63,561 nt of DNA from NCBI GenBank assembly GCA_021735445.1, contig JAIPHA010000005.1:1-63561 (forward strand). Reading direction: 5' to 3'. Within the stretch, counting starts at the first letter, position 1. Each line of letters starts with the position of its first letter. Below the pieces are notes generated by a model. That model saw only the letters and a list, made by a program, of their open reading frames with translations, had not been told where the DNA came from and made no database searches. A program made the position numbers and the translations under genes. The DNA is from Candidatus Omnitrophota bacterium (lineage in GTDB: Bacteria > Omnitrophota > Gorgyraeia > Duberdicusellales > 4484-171). This document shows positions 8,660 to 18,392 of this stretch, one piece after another.

Positions 8660-10041
8660 TACCATTTATTTTTAATTTTTTTATCATAGTAGTTGTTTTT
8701 AGCATTTTAATTATTGTCCATGAATTAGGACATTTTTTTGCAGCTCGCCTGTTTGGAGTTAAGGTAACAGATTTTTCGATTGGTTTTGGGCCGGCTCTGT
8801 TTAAAAAGAAAATAAGGCAAACAAATTTATCAGTTTGCCTGTTTCCTTTAGGCGGCTATATAAAAATGGCCGGCGATAACCGTTCTGAATCCCGGGGGTA
8901 CCGGGATGAATTTTTTTCAAAGTCTCCGGGAATTCGTTCCGGAATTGTTTTTGCCGGGCCGTTATTTAATTATATTTTGGCTTTCTTGTTCTTAATTATT
9001 ATTGCCACTGTTGGTTTTCCTGTCCAGGATACTATAGTGGGAGCGGTAGAGAATGGCTCTCCTGCCCAAGAAGCCGGAATACAGCCCGGAGATAAGTTGG
9101 TTGCCGTTAATGATAAAAAGGTAGAAACCTGGTCTCAACTTAAAAAGGAGATTTATCAGGCGGAAGCTTCGGTTGATATAAGTTTAGAAAGAAATAATGA
9201 AAAAATTCAGCTCAATGTGCCGGTGGTAGAAGAAGAGATGACTGATCAGCTGGGCAGGACTACTAAAGTTTCCCAAATTGGGATTATGCTTTATAAGCCT
9301 GTTATCGGTGAGGTTATCGAACAATATCCGGCTGAAGAAGCCGGGATTAAGAAGGGCGATCAGATATTAGAGGTAGATGGGGAAAAAATAGAAAATTGGC
9401 AAGATTTAGCTGAAAATATCCAAGGTTCTAAAGAAGCTGTAGAGTTGAAAATTAAAAGAGGCAAAGAGGTTTTTTCTTTAAAGGTGCCGGTTAAGAAAGA
9501 AGAGGTGGAGGGGTTTAAATCCGGCCAAGAATATATTTCGGTAATTGGCATTAGGCCGCCTTCAAATGAGAAAATTTTAAAAACAGCTTTTCCCGGCTCT
9601 TTATTAAAAGGGGCGGATATGCTGTTTAAAACTACTTTGTTGAGTGTCAAGGGCCTTTGGTATATGATAACCGATCCATCGATATCTTTTCGCGAATCTA
9701 TAGCCGGGCCTATTTATATTTCATATATTATTTCCAAGACGGCTCAACATGGATTGGTCGCTTTGTTGCAGTTGATTTCTTTATTAAGCATATTTTTATT
9801 TATAATTAATCTTTTGCCAATTCCTGTGTTTGATGGAGGCCACATTGTATTTTTTGGAATTGAGAAGCTAAAAGGAAGCCCTTTAAGCCAAAAAACAGAA
9901 GACGCAGCAACCAGAGTTGGTTTAGCTTTAATTATGGTTTTAATGTTTTTTGTTTTCTATAATGATATCGTCAAAAGAGGGCCTAAAATTTGGAAAGAAA
10001 TTAAAAGTTCGTTTAACCAAGAAAGTAATGAAAAAAACTAA
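8656..10041 (+). CDS. rseP: RIP metalloprotease with two PDZ domains
   Basis: 'HELGH', 'PLGGYIKM' and 'NLLPIPVFDGGH'; two PDZ-like repeats. Confidence 0.95.
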   Translation: MIPFIFNFFIIVVVFSILIIVHELGHFFAARLFGVKVTDFSIGFGPALFKKKIRQTNLSVCLFPLGGYIKMAGDNRSESRGYRDEFFSKSPGIRSGIVFAGPLFNYILAFLFLIIIATVGFPVQDTIVGAVENGSPAQEAGIQPGDKLVAVNDKKVETWSQLKKEIYQAEASVDISLERNNEKIQLNVPVVEEEMTDQLGRTTKVSQIGIMLYKPVIGEVIEQYPAEEAGIKKGDQILEVDGEKIENWQDLAENIQGSKEAVELKIKRGKEVFSLKVPVKKEEVEGFKSGQEYISVIGIRPPSNEKILKTAFPGSLLKGADMLFKTTLLSVKGLWYMITDPSISFRESIAGPIYISYIISKTAQHGLVALLQLISLLSIFLFIINLLPIPVFDGGHIVFFGIEKLKGSPLSQKTEDAATRVGLALIMVLMFFVFYNDIVKRGPKIWKEIKSSFNQESNEKN

Positions 10042-11086
10042 GATTGTTAAAATAGGTAATTTAGAAGTTGGGGGAAACAACCCGATAAGGATAAAGGGGA
10101 TGCTTAAGGCTCCGGCTAAAAAGATAGATTTATTAATAAAGGAAGCTAAGCTGTTAGAAAAAGAAGGGGTTGAAGCTATCAGAGTTGCGGTTCCTGAAGA
10201 AGAAGATGCGAAATTAGCTGGGATTTTAAAAAATTATGTTTCAGTTCCCATTGCTGCCGATATCCATTTTCAGCCAAAATTGGCAGTTTTGGCAATAAAT
10301 AGCGGGTTTGACCAAATTAGGTTAAATCCCTTAAATATTTCTAATAAAAAAGATGTAAAAAGAATTGCGCAATTAGCCGGCCAGAAAGGCATATCAATGC
10401 GAGTGGGGTTGAATTCCGGCGGTTTTCGGCAGCCGGGAATTACCAGGGAAGAGTTAGCGAAACAGATGGTTGATAAGTCTAGCGAGTATATTGAAATCTT
10501 GGAGAGTCAAAATTTTTTTGATATAATGGTTTCATTGAAATGCGCCGATATTGGCACAACAATTACTGCCAACAGAATGTTCCGTAAAAAATACGATTAT
10601 CCTCTCCATGTGGGGATTACAGCTACCGGTTCCTATTTAGAAGGAATAATTAAATCGTCGGTTGGATTAGGAATTATGCTTAATGAAGGCATGGGAGAGA
10701 TAATCAGGGTTTCTTTAACCACAGATTCTTTGGCTGAGGTTAAGGTGGCAAAGTATATCACTCAATCTTTAGGTTTACGAAATTTTGGTCCTGAGATTAT
10801 TTCTTGTCCGACTTGTTCAAGGTGCGAAGTCAATTTGCCTGAAATTGTAGCAAAATTTAAGAAGCGCCTGGAAGATAGAGATTGCAAAGAACCGCTTAAA
10901 ATTGCGCTTATGGGGTGTGTAGTCAATGGCCCCGGAGAAGCTGCTCAGGCGGATTTAGGAGTTGCTTTTGGCAAAACCGAAGGTGTTTTGTTTAAAAAAG
11001 GCAAAGTTTTTAAAAAAACCAAAGATGATAGAGTTATTGATGATTTAGCCAAGGAGTTAGAAAAATATGAACCAAAAAGAGATTAA
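10028..11086 (+). CDS. ispG: HMBPP synthase (GcpE)
   Basis: 'ADIHF', 'RVGLNSG', 'YPLHVGITA', 'ISCPTCSR' and 'MGCVVNGPGEA'. Likely ATG at 10028 overlapping the rseP end. Confidence 0.95.
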   Translation: MKKTKIVKIGNLEVGGNNPIRIKGMLKAPAKKIDLLIKEAKLLEKEGVEAIRVAVPEEEDAKLAGILKNYVSVPIAADIHFQPKLAVLAINSGFDQIRLNPLNISNKKDVKRIAQLAGQKGISMRVGLNSGGFRQPGITREELAKQMVDKSSEYIEILESQNFFDIMVSLKCADIGTTITANRMFRKKYDYPLHVGITATGSYLEGIIKSSVGLGIMLNEGMGEIIRVSLTTDSLAEVKVAKYITQSLGLRNFGPEIISCPTCSRCEVNLPEIVAKFKKRLEDRDCKEPLKIALMGCVVNGPGEAAQADLGVAFGKTEGVLFKKGKVFKKTKDDRVIDDLAKELEKYEPKRD

Positions 11087-12311
11087 AGAGAGTTTAAGAA
11101 AAGATATTAGTTCTTTAGTCGGAGCAAAACAGAATGTCGATAAAGAATATATAACAGAAAGGGCTGTAGTTTTTTTTGAACGCTTGGAAAAAGTCAAGAA
11201 AATAACGGTTGAGGATTCGGTAAGAGATAAAGTAGTTAAATCACTTTGTGACGATTTTTTAGGCTCAGGCCCAATTCAAAGGCTGATGGATGATCCTGAA
11301 ATTACCGAGATTATGGTAAATGGGCCCAAGAGGGTCTATATTGAAAAAGGCGGGAGTAAAGTTTTATCTGGCGTACAGTTTGACGATAAGGCGCATCTGA
11401 GGTATATAGTCGAAAAGATGGTTGCTCCCAGTGGCAGAAGAGTAGATGAGAGTTCACCTTATGTAGATTTTTCCTTAAAAGACGGTTCCCGGGTTAACGT
11501 GATTCTGCCTCCTCTGGCCGTAGATGGGATAACAGTTACTATCCGTAAATTCTTACGTTCTATTGCTAAAGTCGAAGATTTAGTTAAATTAGGGACGGTT
11601 ACCCAGGCTATGGCCGATTTTTTGGTTGCTTGTATAAAAGCCAAGGTGAATATCATGTTTTCCGGCGCTACCGGTTCAGGTAAAACGACAACCCTGGAAG
11701 TTCTTTCTTCTTATATAGATCATTCGGAAAGGATTATTACTATCGAGGATGCGCTTGAGCTTAATTTACGCCAGGATCATGTAATTAGGTTGCTGACCCG
11801 GCTTCCTAATATCGAAGGAAGGGGGAGCGTGCCGCCTCGGGAACTTTTTAGAAATAGTTTACGGATGAGGCCAAATAGGATAATCCTAGGAGAAATCAGA
11901 GGTAAAGAAGCTATGGATTATCTTCAGGCTTTAAATAGCGGGCATCGGGGTTCTTTGTCGGTTATCCATGCATCTGACCCTATTGATGCTTTGACTCGGC
12001 TGGAAACGATGTCTTTGTATGCCGGGTTAAATCTGCCGGCCTGGGCAATAAGAAAGCAAATATCACAGGGCCTGGATTTAATCGTCCAACAAGGGCAACT
12101 TCAGGACGGCACCAGAAAGTTAACCCATATAACCGAAGTCGGCCGTTTAAAAGATAATAATATAGAATTACGGGATATCTTTACTTACGAGATAGAAAAA
12201 TTAACCGATGATTTTAAAGTAAAAGGGAGTTTCCAGGCTAAAAATAAACCAACTTTCTTTGATATTTTTAAGAAGAAAGGGATAAAAATTAACGAAGATA
12301 TTTTTACTTAA
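11067..12311 (+). CDS. cpaF: TadA/CpaF-family secretion/pilus ATPase
   Basis: 'ITEIMVNG', 'RRVDESSPYVD', Walker A GATGSGKTT, 'TIEDALEL', 'LRMRPNRIILGEIRG' and His box 'GHRGS...HA'. Confidence 0.9.
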   Translation: MNQKEIKESLRKDISSLVGAKQNVDKEYITERAVVFFERLEKVKKITVEDSVRDKVVKSLCDDFLGSGPIQRLMDDPEITEIMVNGPKRVYIEKGGSKVLSGVQFDDKAHLRYIVEKMVAPSGRRVDESSPYVDFSLKDGSRVNVILPPLAVDGITVTIRKFLRSIAKVEDLVKLGTVTQAMADFLVACIKAKVNIMFSGATGSGKTTTLEVLSSYIDHSERIITIEDALELNLRQDHVIRLLTRLPNIEGRGSVPPRELFRNSLRMRPNRIILGEIRGKEAMDYLQALNSGHRGSLSVIHASDPIDALTRLETMSLYAGLNLPAWAIRKQISQGLDLIVQQGQLQDGTRKLTHITEVGRLKDNNIELRDIFTYEIEKLTDDFKVKGSFQAKNKPTFFDIFKKKGIKINEDIFT

Positions 12312-12325
12312 TTTCAGGAACAAAT

Positions 12326-13564
12326 ATGCTTTATTCAAAAAGTTTTATCAATACTTCCCGGGAAGACCCAAAGGTTGCTGAGTGCAAAAGCCACAAGTTG
12401 TTGCTTAAGGCAAATTTTCTTTATATGGTTTCTTCGGGAATTTATTCTTATCTGCCTTTAGGATGGAGGGTTTTAAATAAGATTAATAAAGTGATTAAAA
12501 AGCAAATGGTTTTAGCCGGTGCCCAAGAATTGTTAATGAGCGCTATCCAGCCCATCGATATCTGGAAAAAAACCGGCCGGGATAAAGACTTAGAAGAGGT
12601 AATGTTTAAATTCAAAGACCGGAAGTCCAGGGAACTTTGCCTTGGCCCTACCCATGAAGAGGAAATTACCGAAATTGTAAAACGTTACGCAACTTCTTAT
12701 AAGCAGCTTCCTTTTATTTTGTATCAAATTCAAACTAAGTTTAGGGATGAACCACGTCCGCGCTTTGGTTTGATGCGAAGTTCGGAGTTTATCATGAAGG
12801 ATGCTTACAGTTTCAGCCTTACCCAGCAGTGTTTAGAAGATAATTATCAAAAAATGTATAAAACTTATGAAAAGATATTTGATAAGTTTAGGCTTAATTA
12901 TTTTATAAGCGAAGCTGACCCCGGAGCAATGGGTGGCAGCGCTTCTCATGAATTTATGGTACCGGCTGAAATCGGAGAAGACATTCTTTATTTTTGCCCT
13001 GGCTGTAATAATTATTATAAAGAAAAAGGCAGGTGTGCGTCTTGTCAGGGAGAAACTGAAGCCAAGAAAATGGTTGAAGTTGGGCATATTTTTCAATTGG
13101 GAACTAAATATTCAATGGCGCAAGAGGCTTTTGTCCTTGACCAGCAGGGGAAGAGAAAACCTTTGATTATGGGTTGTTATGGAATAGGAGTAAGCAGGGT
13201 ATTGTCTGCGGTGGCAGAAACAGCTTCTGATTCGCGAGGGTTGGTATGGCCGAAATCTATAGCTCCATTTGATGCGTCCCTGCTGGTTCTAGAGAGCGGA
13301 TGGAACCAGGAGGCTTTGGAATTAGAAAGCTGGCTTGAAAAAGAAGGTTTTTCCCTTCTGATTGATGACCGTAAAGAGCCGGCCGGAGTGAAATTCAATG
13401 ACGCTTATTTGATTGGCCATCCTTATATTATGATTATTGGTAAAAATTATCGGGGTTCGGCAAAAATAGAAGTAGAAAAAAGAGAAACCGGACAAAAATT
13501 TGAGATAGCAAAAGATAAAATAGTAGATTTTTTAAAAGATGAGCATAATACTGAATCAAATTAA
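12326..13564 (+). CDS. proS: Proline-tRNA ligase, short form without the INS editing domain
   Basis: 'LGPTHEE', 'FRDEPRPRFGLMR..EF.MKDAY', 'EVGHIFQLG' and 'MGCYGIGVSR'. Confidence 0.95.
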   Translation: MLYSKSFINTSREDPKVAECKSHKLLLKANFLYMVSSGIYSYLPLGWRVLNKINKVIKKQMVLAGAQELLMSAIQPIDIWKKTGRDKDLEEVMFKFKDRKSRELCLGPTHEEEITEIVKRYATSYKQLPFILYQIQTKFRDEPRPRFGLMRSSEFIMKDAYSFSLTQQCLEDNYQKMYKTYEKIFDKFRLNYFISEADPGAMGGSASHEFMVPAEIGEDILYFCPGCNNYYKEKGRCASCQGETEAKKMVEVGHIFQLGTKYSMAQEAFVLDQQGKRKPLIMGCYGIGVSRVLSAVAETASDSRGLVWPKSIAPFDASLLVLESGWNQEALELESWLEKEGFSLLIDDRKEPAGVKFNDAYLIGHPYIMIIGKNYRGSAKIEVEKRETGQKFEIAKDKIVDFLKDEHNTESN

Positions 13565-13994
13565 AGAAAAAATTGAAGGGATTGTTAACAAGGAAGAGGT
13601 TGAACTTGTTGAATACAGAACTTTTAATTTAAGAGGCAAGTTAACTATTAGATGCTTAGTTGATTATCCGCAAGGAGGTATAACCTTAGATAAATGCGGC
13701 ATGCTTAATAAAATAATTTTTAATCAATTACAGGAACTTCTTTCGGATGTCAATTATACCGTGGAGGTCAATTCGCCCGGCCTGGACAGGCCCTTAAGGC
13801 AAATTGAAGATTTTTTAAAAGTCGAAGGCAAGGTTGTTCTTCTCTGGTTTAAAGAGCCGGTTTTTGAGAAAAGTTTTATAGAGGCGACTCTTAAAAAAGT
13901 TGAAGCAGATAAGCTTTTTATCGAGAAAAAAGGAGAACAATTAGAAATAGATTTTAATAAAGTAAAGTTAGCTAAACAAAAATTTAGAACTTAA
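13539..13994 (+). CDS. rimP: Ribosome maturation factor RimP
   Basis: 'GITLDKC' and 'YTVEVNSPGLDRPL'; position before nusA. Confidence 0.88.
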   Translation: MSIILNQIKEKIEGIVNKEEVELVEYRTFNLRGKLTIRCLVDYPQGGITLDKCGMLNKIIFNQLQELLSDVNYTVEVNSPGLDRPLRQIEDFLKVEGKVVLLWFKEPVFEKSFIEATLKKVEADKLFIEKKGEQLEIDFNKVKLAKQKFRT

Positions 13995-14035
13995 AAAAAT
14001 GTATTCATCGGATTCGGATTAAAGGAGGTAGGCTC

Positions 14036-15253
14036 GTGAAGAGAGAATTTTTAAGTGTGATTGCTCAATTGGAAAGGGAAAAAGGCCTTGATAAAGAGGT
14101 GCTCATGGAAACTGTCCGCTATGCTTTAACTGTTGCGGCAAGAAAAATAGCTAAAATAGCTTCTCACGATGAAGAAGAAGTGAAAGTAGACATAGATAGC
14201 AAAGGCGGCGATATCCATGTATACATTGGCGACCGGGAAGTAACTTCTGATGAGTTTGGCCGTATTGCGGCTCAAACAGCCCGGCAGGTAATTATCCAAA
14301 AAATTCGTGAAGCAGAAAAGGATAATATTTATAATGAATATAAAGAAAAAGAGGGCGATATAGTTGGAGGAGTGGTTTATAGATTGGAAAAAAGGGCTGT
14401 GATTTTAGATTTAATGGGAAAAACAGAAGGGATAATCCCCCAATCGTTTCTTTCTTCCTCTGACAGGTTTAGGATGGGAGAAAGAGTGAAAGCTTATGTC
14501 TATGAAGTCAAGAAAGAAAGGGGGACTCAGATTATTCTTTCCCGGATAGATCCCATTTTAGTGAAAAAACTATTTCAACTTGAAGTACCTGAGATATCGG
14601 AAGGGATAGTTGAAATAAAGTCAATTGCCCGCCAAGCCGGCGCCCGGACAAAAATTGCAGTATACTCCAAAGAGGAAAAAGTTGATTGTGTGGGGGCTTG
14701 TGTGGGGATTCGAGGTTCGAGAGTGAAAAATATAATCGAAGAACTGCGCGGTGAAAAAATTGACATCGTTAGGTGGAGCGAGGATATAAAGGAATTTATC
14801 AAGGCCGCGCTTTCACCAGCGGTGATTTCGATGATAGAATTAGATAGAGAAAATAAAAGGGCTAAGGTCCAACTTAACTCGGATCAGCTTTCGATTGCGA
14901 TTGGGAAAAGGGGCCAAAATGTAAGGTTGGCTTCCAAGCTTGTTAATTGGGAGATAGATGTCCGCTCTAAAGAAAGCATAGAAGAGGCAATTAAGGGTCT
15001 GCAAAAGTTAAAAAGCCTCGGGAAGAAGGCGGCAGAGAGTTTAGTTGATTCCGGTTATAATTCTTTGAATTCACTGGAAAACGCTCAGGAAAAAAAGCTT
15101 GCCAAACTAAAAGGAATCGGCAAGAAAAAAGCAGCTAAAATCATAAAAGAGGCCAAAAAAGTTAAGGCAGAACAAGAAAAAAAACAGAAAGAAGAAAAAG
15201 AGAAAGTAATCAACAAAGAAAAAGAAGAAAATAAACCAAAAGATGAAAAATAA
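14036..15253 (+). CDS. nusA: Transcription termination factor NusA with C-terminal HhH
   Basis: 'FGRIAAQTARQVIIQKIREAE', S1 and KH domains, 'AIGKRGQNVRLASKL'. Confidence 0.97.
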   Translation: MKREFLSVIAQLEREKGLDKEVLMETVRYALTVAARKIAKIASHDEEEVKVDIDSKGGDIHVYIGDREVTSDEFGRIAAQTARQVIIQKIREAEKDNIYNEYKEKEGDIVGGVVYRLEKRAVILDLMGKTEGIIPQSFLSSSDRFRMGERVKAYVYEVKKERGTQIILSRIDPILVKKLFQLEVPEISEGIVEIKSIARQAGARTKIAVYSKEEKVDCVGACVGIRGSRVKNIIEELRGEKIDIVRWSEDIKEFIKAALSPAVISMIELDRENKRAKVQLNSDQLSIAIGKRGQNVRLASKLVNWEIDVRSKESIEEAIKGLQKLKSLGKKAAESLVDSGYNSLNSLENAQEKKLAKLKGIGKKKAAKIIKEAKKVKAEQEKKQKEEKEKVINKEKEENKPKDEK

Positions 15254-15297
15254 GGGCAAATAGTGAAACAATTAGTTTTAAAAGGAAGGTATGGATA

Positions 15298-17202
15298 ATG
15301 AGAATTTATGAGTTAGCTAAGCAATTAGGGGTTGACAGTAAAGAGTTGATTAAGAAACTGAAAGCATTGAACTTCCCGGTAAAAAACCATATGTCTGTTA
15401 TCGATAAGGATACAGCAGAAATAATAAAACACGAAGTAGAAGAATTAGATAAAAAAGAAATAGAAGAAAATGTAATTGAGGTCGATTTCCCGATAACGAT
15501 TAAAGACCTGGCTACTAAATTAGGCAGGAAACCGTCTCAGCTTCTTAGCGATTTATTTAAAAAAGGGAAGATGTTTACTATCAACCAAAATCTTGATAAA
15601 AAAACTGCTCAGGGAATTGCCTATGAGTATAAAGTTAATTTAAAAGCAAAGCCGACCCAAGAAGAACAAATTTTACAGGCAGGTTCAAAAAATGTTAAAA
15701 AAAGAGCCCCGATAGTTACCTTAATGGGCCACATTGACCATGGAAAGACCAGTATTTTAGACTATATAAGAAAAAGTAAGCTGACTAATCAGGAAACCGG
15801 CGGGATTACCCAGCACATCGGAGCTTATCAGCTCAACCTAAGCAAGGGTAAGATTAGTTTTCTTGATACTCCCGGGCATGAAACTTTTACTCAAATGAGA
15901 GCAAGAGGGGCAAGTATTACCGATATCGTAATTATTGTTATCGCAGCGGATGATGGGATAAAACCGCAAACCATAGAAGCTATCGATCATGCCAAAGCCG
16001 CTGATGTGCCGATTATTGTGGCTATCAACAAAATCGATAAAGCTAATGCCAATGTGGATATGGTAAAACAAGGGCTTTCTAAACATGATTTGGTTCCTGA
16101 GGATTGGGGAGGAAGAACTACAGCAGTTGAGGTTTCGGCTACAAAAGGCACGGGGATAGATGAGCTGCTTGATTTAATTTTATTGCAGGCAGAGGTAATG
16201 GAATTAAAAGCAGATTTTGACCGTCCGGCTATCGGAGTTGTGGTTGAAGGAAGGCTTTCTAAGGGCAAAGGCGCTTTGGCAACGGTTCTTGTTAAAGAAG
16301 GAACCCTGAATTCGGGGCAATGGTGTGTTTGCGGGAAATACGGAGGAAAAATTAAGGCAATGCATGATGATTTAGGTAATGTACAAAATAAAATTTATCC
16401 CTCTGAACCAATCGAGATTTTAGGTTTAAACGGAGTGCCGGCCCCGGGGGATAAATTGATGGTAGTGCCCGATGAAAAGACCGCCAAAGAAATTATGAAA
16501 AAAAGGCAAGAAGAAGAAAAAAAGAAAAAGATAACCCCGGTTACTCATTTACGCCTTGAAGATTTGCATAAAAAAGTTAAACAAGGAGAAATTAAAAAGT
16601 TAAAAATTATTTTAAAAGCAGACGTAGGCGGAACTCTGGAGGCTGTAGAAGGCGCCTTGGCCAAAATTCCCTCTAAAGAAGTAGAGTTGTCTATTGTCCA
16701 TAAAGGAGTCGGTTTAATTAATTCTTCAGATATTTTATTAGCTGAGGTAAGTGATGCCATAGTTGTAGGGTTTAAGGTTACTACTGATTCACAGGCGAGA
16801 AGTTCAGCTAAGAAAAAGGGGATAGAAGTCAGGACTTATCATATTATTTATGAGTTAATCGATGATATCAGAGCGGCTTTAGAAGGGTTGCTTACTCCTC
16901 ATATAAAAAAGACTTTCATGGGTAGAGCCAGGGTAAAAGCTGTTTTTAATGTTTCCAAGTCAGGGGTTATCGCCGGATGCCAAGTCGAGAAAGGTAAAAT
17001 TTTAAGAGGAGCTCCCTGTCATTTAATCCGTGGCAATAGTGTTGTCTTTGAGGGTAAAATCGAGACCTTAAAAAGGTTTAAAAATGATGCCCGGGAAGTG
17101 AAAGAAGGGTATGAATGCGGAATAGATTTAGGGTTTGATAAAATAAGAGAGGGAGACTATGTTGATGTCTTCGGCCAGGAAGTCATTTCCCGCAAACTAT
17201 AA
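15298..17202 (+). CDS. infB: Translation initiation factor IF-2 (compact, 634 aa)
   Basis: 'MGHIDHGKT', 'GGITQHIGAY', 'DTPGHE' and 'INKID'. Confidence 0.97.
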   Translation: MRIYELAKQLGVDSKELIKKLKALNFPVKNHMSVIDKDTAEIIKHEVEELDKKEIEENVIEVDFPITIKDLATKLGRKPSQLLSDLFKKGKMFTINQNLDKKTAQGIAYEYKVNLKAKPTQEEQILQAGSKNVKKRAPIVTLMGHIDHGKTSILDYIRKSKLTNQETGGITQHIGAYQLNLSKGKISFLDTPGHETFTQMRARGASITDIVIIVIAADDGIKPQTIEAIDHAKAADVPIIVAINKIDKANANVDMVKQGLSKHDLVPEDWGGRTTAVEVSATKGTGIDELLDLILLQAEVMELKADFDRPAIGVVVEGRLSKGKGALATVLVKEGTLNSGQWCVCGKYGGKIKAMHDDLGNVQNKIYPSEPIEILGLNGVPAPGDKLMVVPDEKTAKEIMKKRQEEEKKKKITPVTHLRLEDLHKKVKQGEIKKLKIILKADVGGTLEAVEGALAKIPSKEVELSIVHKGVGLINSSDILLAEVSDAIVVGFKVTTDSQARSSAKKKGIEVRTYHIIYELIDDIRAALEGLLTPHIKKTFMGRARVKAVFNVSKSGVIAGCQVEKGKILRGAPCHLIRGNSVVFEGKIETLKRFKNDAREVKEGYECGIDLGFDKIREGDYVDVFGQEVISRKL

Positions 17203-17223
17203 CCACATAAAGTAGAAGGAGGA

Positions 17224-17352
17224 TAATCAACGAATGTACAAAGGTAATCTTCGAATTCACTAATCTGTACGAATATACGAATAGTATTATAAATATTCGT
17301 ACATTCGTAATTGATTCGTATATTCGTTGATAGTTATCTGTATTCGTTGATA
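17224..17352. repeat. ACGAAT palindromic element, family B copy 1
   Basis: ATCAACGAAT ... ATTCGTTGAT arms; 17252-17332 matches 54950-55030 at 77/81 nt. Confidence 0.88.
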
Positions 17353-17366
17353 ATTGTCAATTAATT

Positions 17367-18356
17367 ATGAATAAAAAAACAATACTGAGTGGGATGAGGC
17401 CAACCGGCAAGCTCCATCTTGGGCATTGGGTAGGAGCTTTGTCTAATTGGGTTAATTTGCAGAAAAAACACCATTGTTTTTTTATGGTTGCGGACTGGCA
17501 TGCTTTAATGAGCGAATACAGGAATCCGGAGCTGGTTAAGAATGCGACTTTTGATAATTTAGTAGATTGGCTTTCTTTTGGAATTGATCCGGAAAAATCA
17601 ACTATTTTCCGGCAATCTGAAGTGGCAGAGCATCTGGAATTATTTATGATTCTCTCGGTAATCACTCCTTTAGGGTGGCTTTGGCGCTGCCCCACTTTTA
17701 AAGAGCAAATTAAACAGCTAAAAGAAAAAAATATAAATACCTATGCTTTTTTAGGTTATCCTGCTTTACAAGCTTCAGATATAGCCTTGTATAAGGCTGA
17801 TTGCGTACCGGTAGGCAATGACCAGCTGCCCCATCTTGAACTTGCCAGAGAGATAGTCCGGAGATTCAATAGTTTTTATAAAAATAAAGTTTTAAAAGAA
17901 CCGAAGGCCCTATTGACCAAAGTGCCCAGGCTTGGCGGCCTAGACGGAAGGAAAATGAGTAAAAGTTATAATAATTATATAGCTTTAGACGAAGAAGACC
18001 AGTCTTTAAAAAAGAAGGTTTTAGGCATGTTTACCGATCCGGCTAGAAAAAGAAAAAGTGATCCCGGGAATCCGAAAAAATGCAATGTTTTTTCTTATTA
18101 CCAAATAATAAACCCAGAAAGAGAAGATGATATAAAACAGTGGTGCCACCATGCTCAGAAAGGTTGTGTTGAATGCAAAAAAATTTTACTGGAATCAATT
18201 AGAGCATTTATAGCTCCCAAAAGAGAAAAGAAGCGGGAAATACTCAAAGACAAAAAGAAAATATATGATATACTAAAAAGAGGAGAAGATAAAGCCAGGC
18301 AAGTGGCCTCTTTAACCTTAAAAGAGGTAAAAGAGGCAATGCAGTTAATCGCCTGA
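17367..18356 (+). CDS. trpS: Tryptophan-tRNA ligase
   Basis: 'SGMRPTGKLHLGH', 'YPALQASDI', 'VPVGNDQ' and KMSKS. Confidence 0.97.
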   Translation: MNKKTILSGMRPTGKLHLGHWVGALSNWVNLQKKHHCFFMVADWHALMSEYRNPELVKNATFDNLVDWLSFGIDPEKSTIFRQSEVAEHLELFMILSVITPLGWLWRCPTFKEQIKQLKEKNINTYAFLGYPALQASDIALYKADCVPVGNDQLPHLELAREIVRRFNSFYKNKVLKEPKALLTKVPRLGGLDGRKMSKSYNNYIALDEEDQSLKKKVLGMFTDPARKRKSDPGNPKKCNVFSYYQIINPEREDDIKQWCHHAQKGCVECKKILLESIRAFIAPKREKKREILKDKKKIYDILKRGEDKARQVASLTLKEVKEAMQLIA

Positions 18357-18392
18357 TCTTTTCGCTAAGGCAATATAATTTTGCGGTAAAAT

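Noticed and set aside
7505-11086. Motif deviations in Dxr (DSEI for DSEH) and IspG (KGM for QSM) as signs of pseudogenes
   Set aside because: ORFs are full length, other catalytic and Fe-S residues are intact, and the operon context is normal; treated as divergence.
17234-17263. 9-codon ORF MYKGNLRIH upstream of trpS as an attenuator leader
   Set aside because: No Trp codons, and it lies wholly inside repeat B1.
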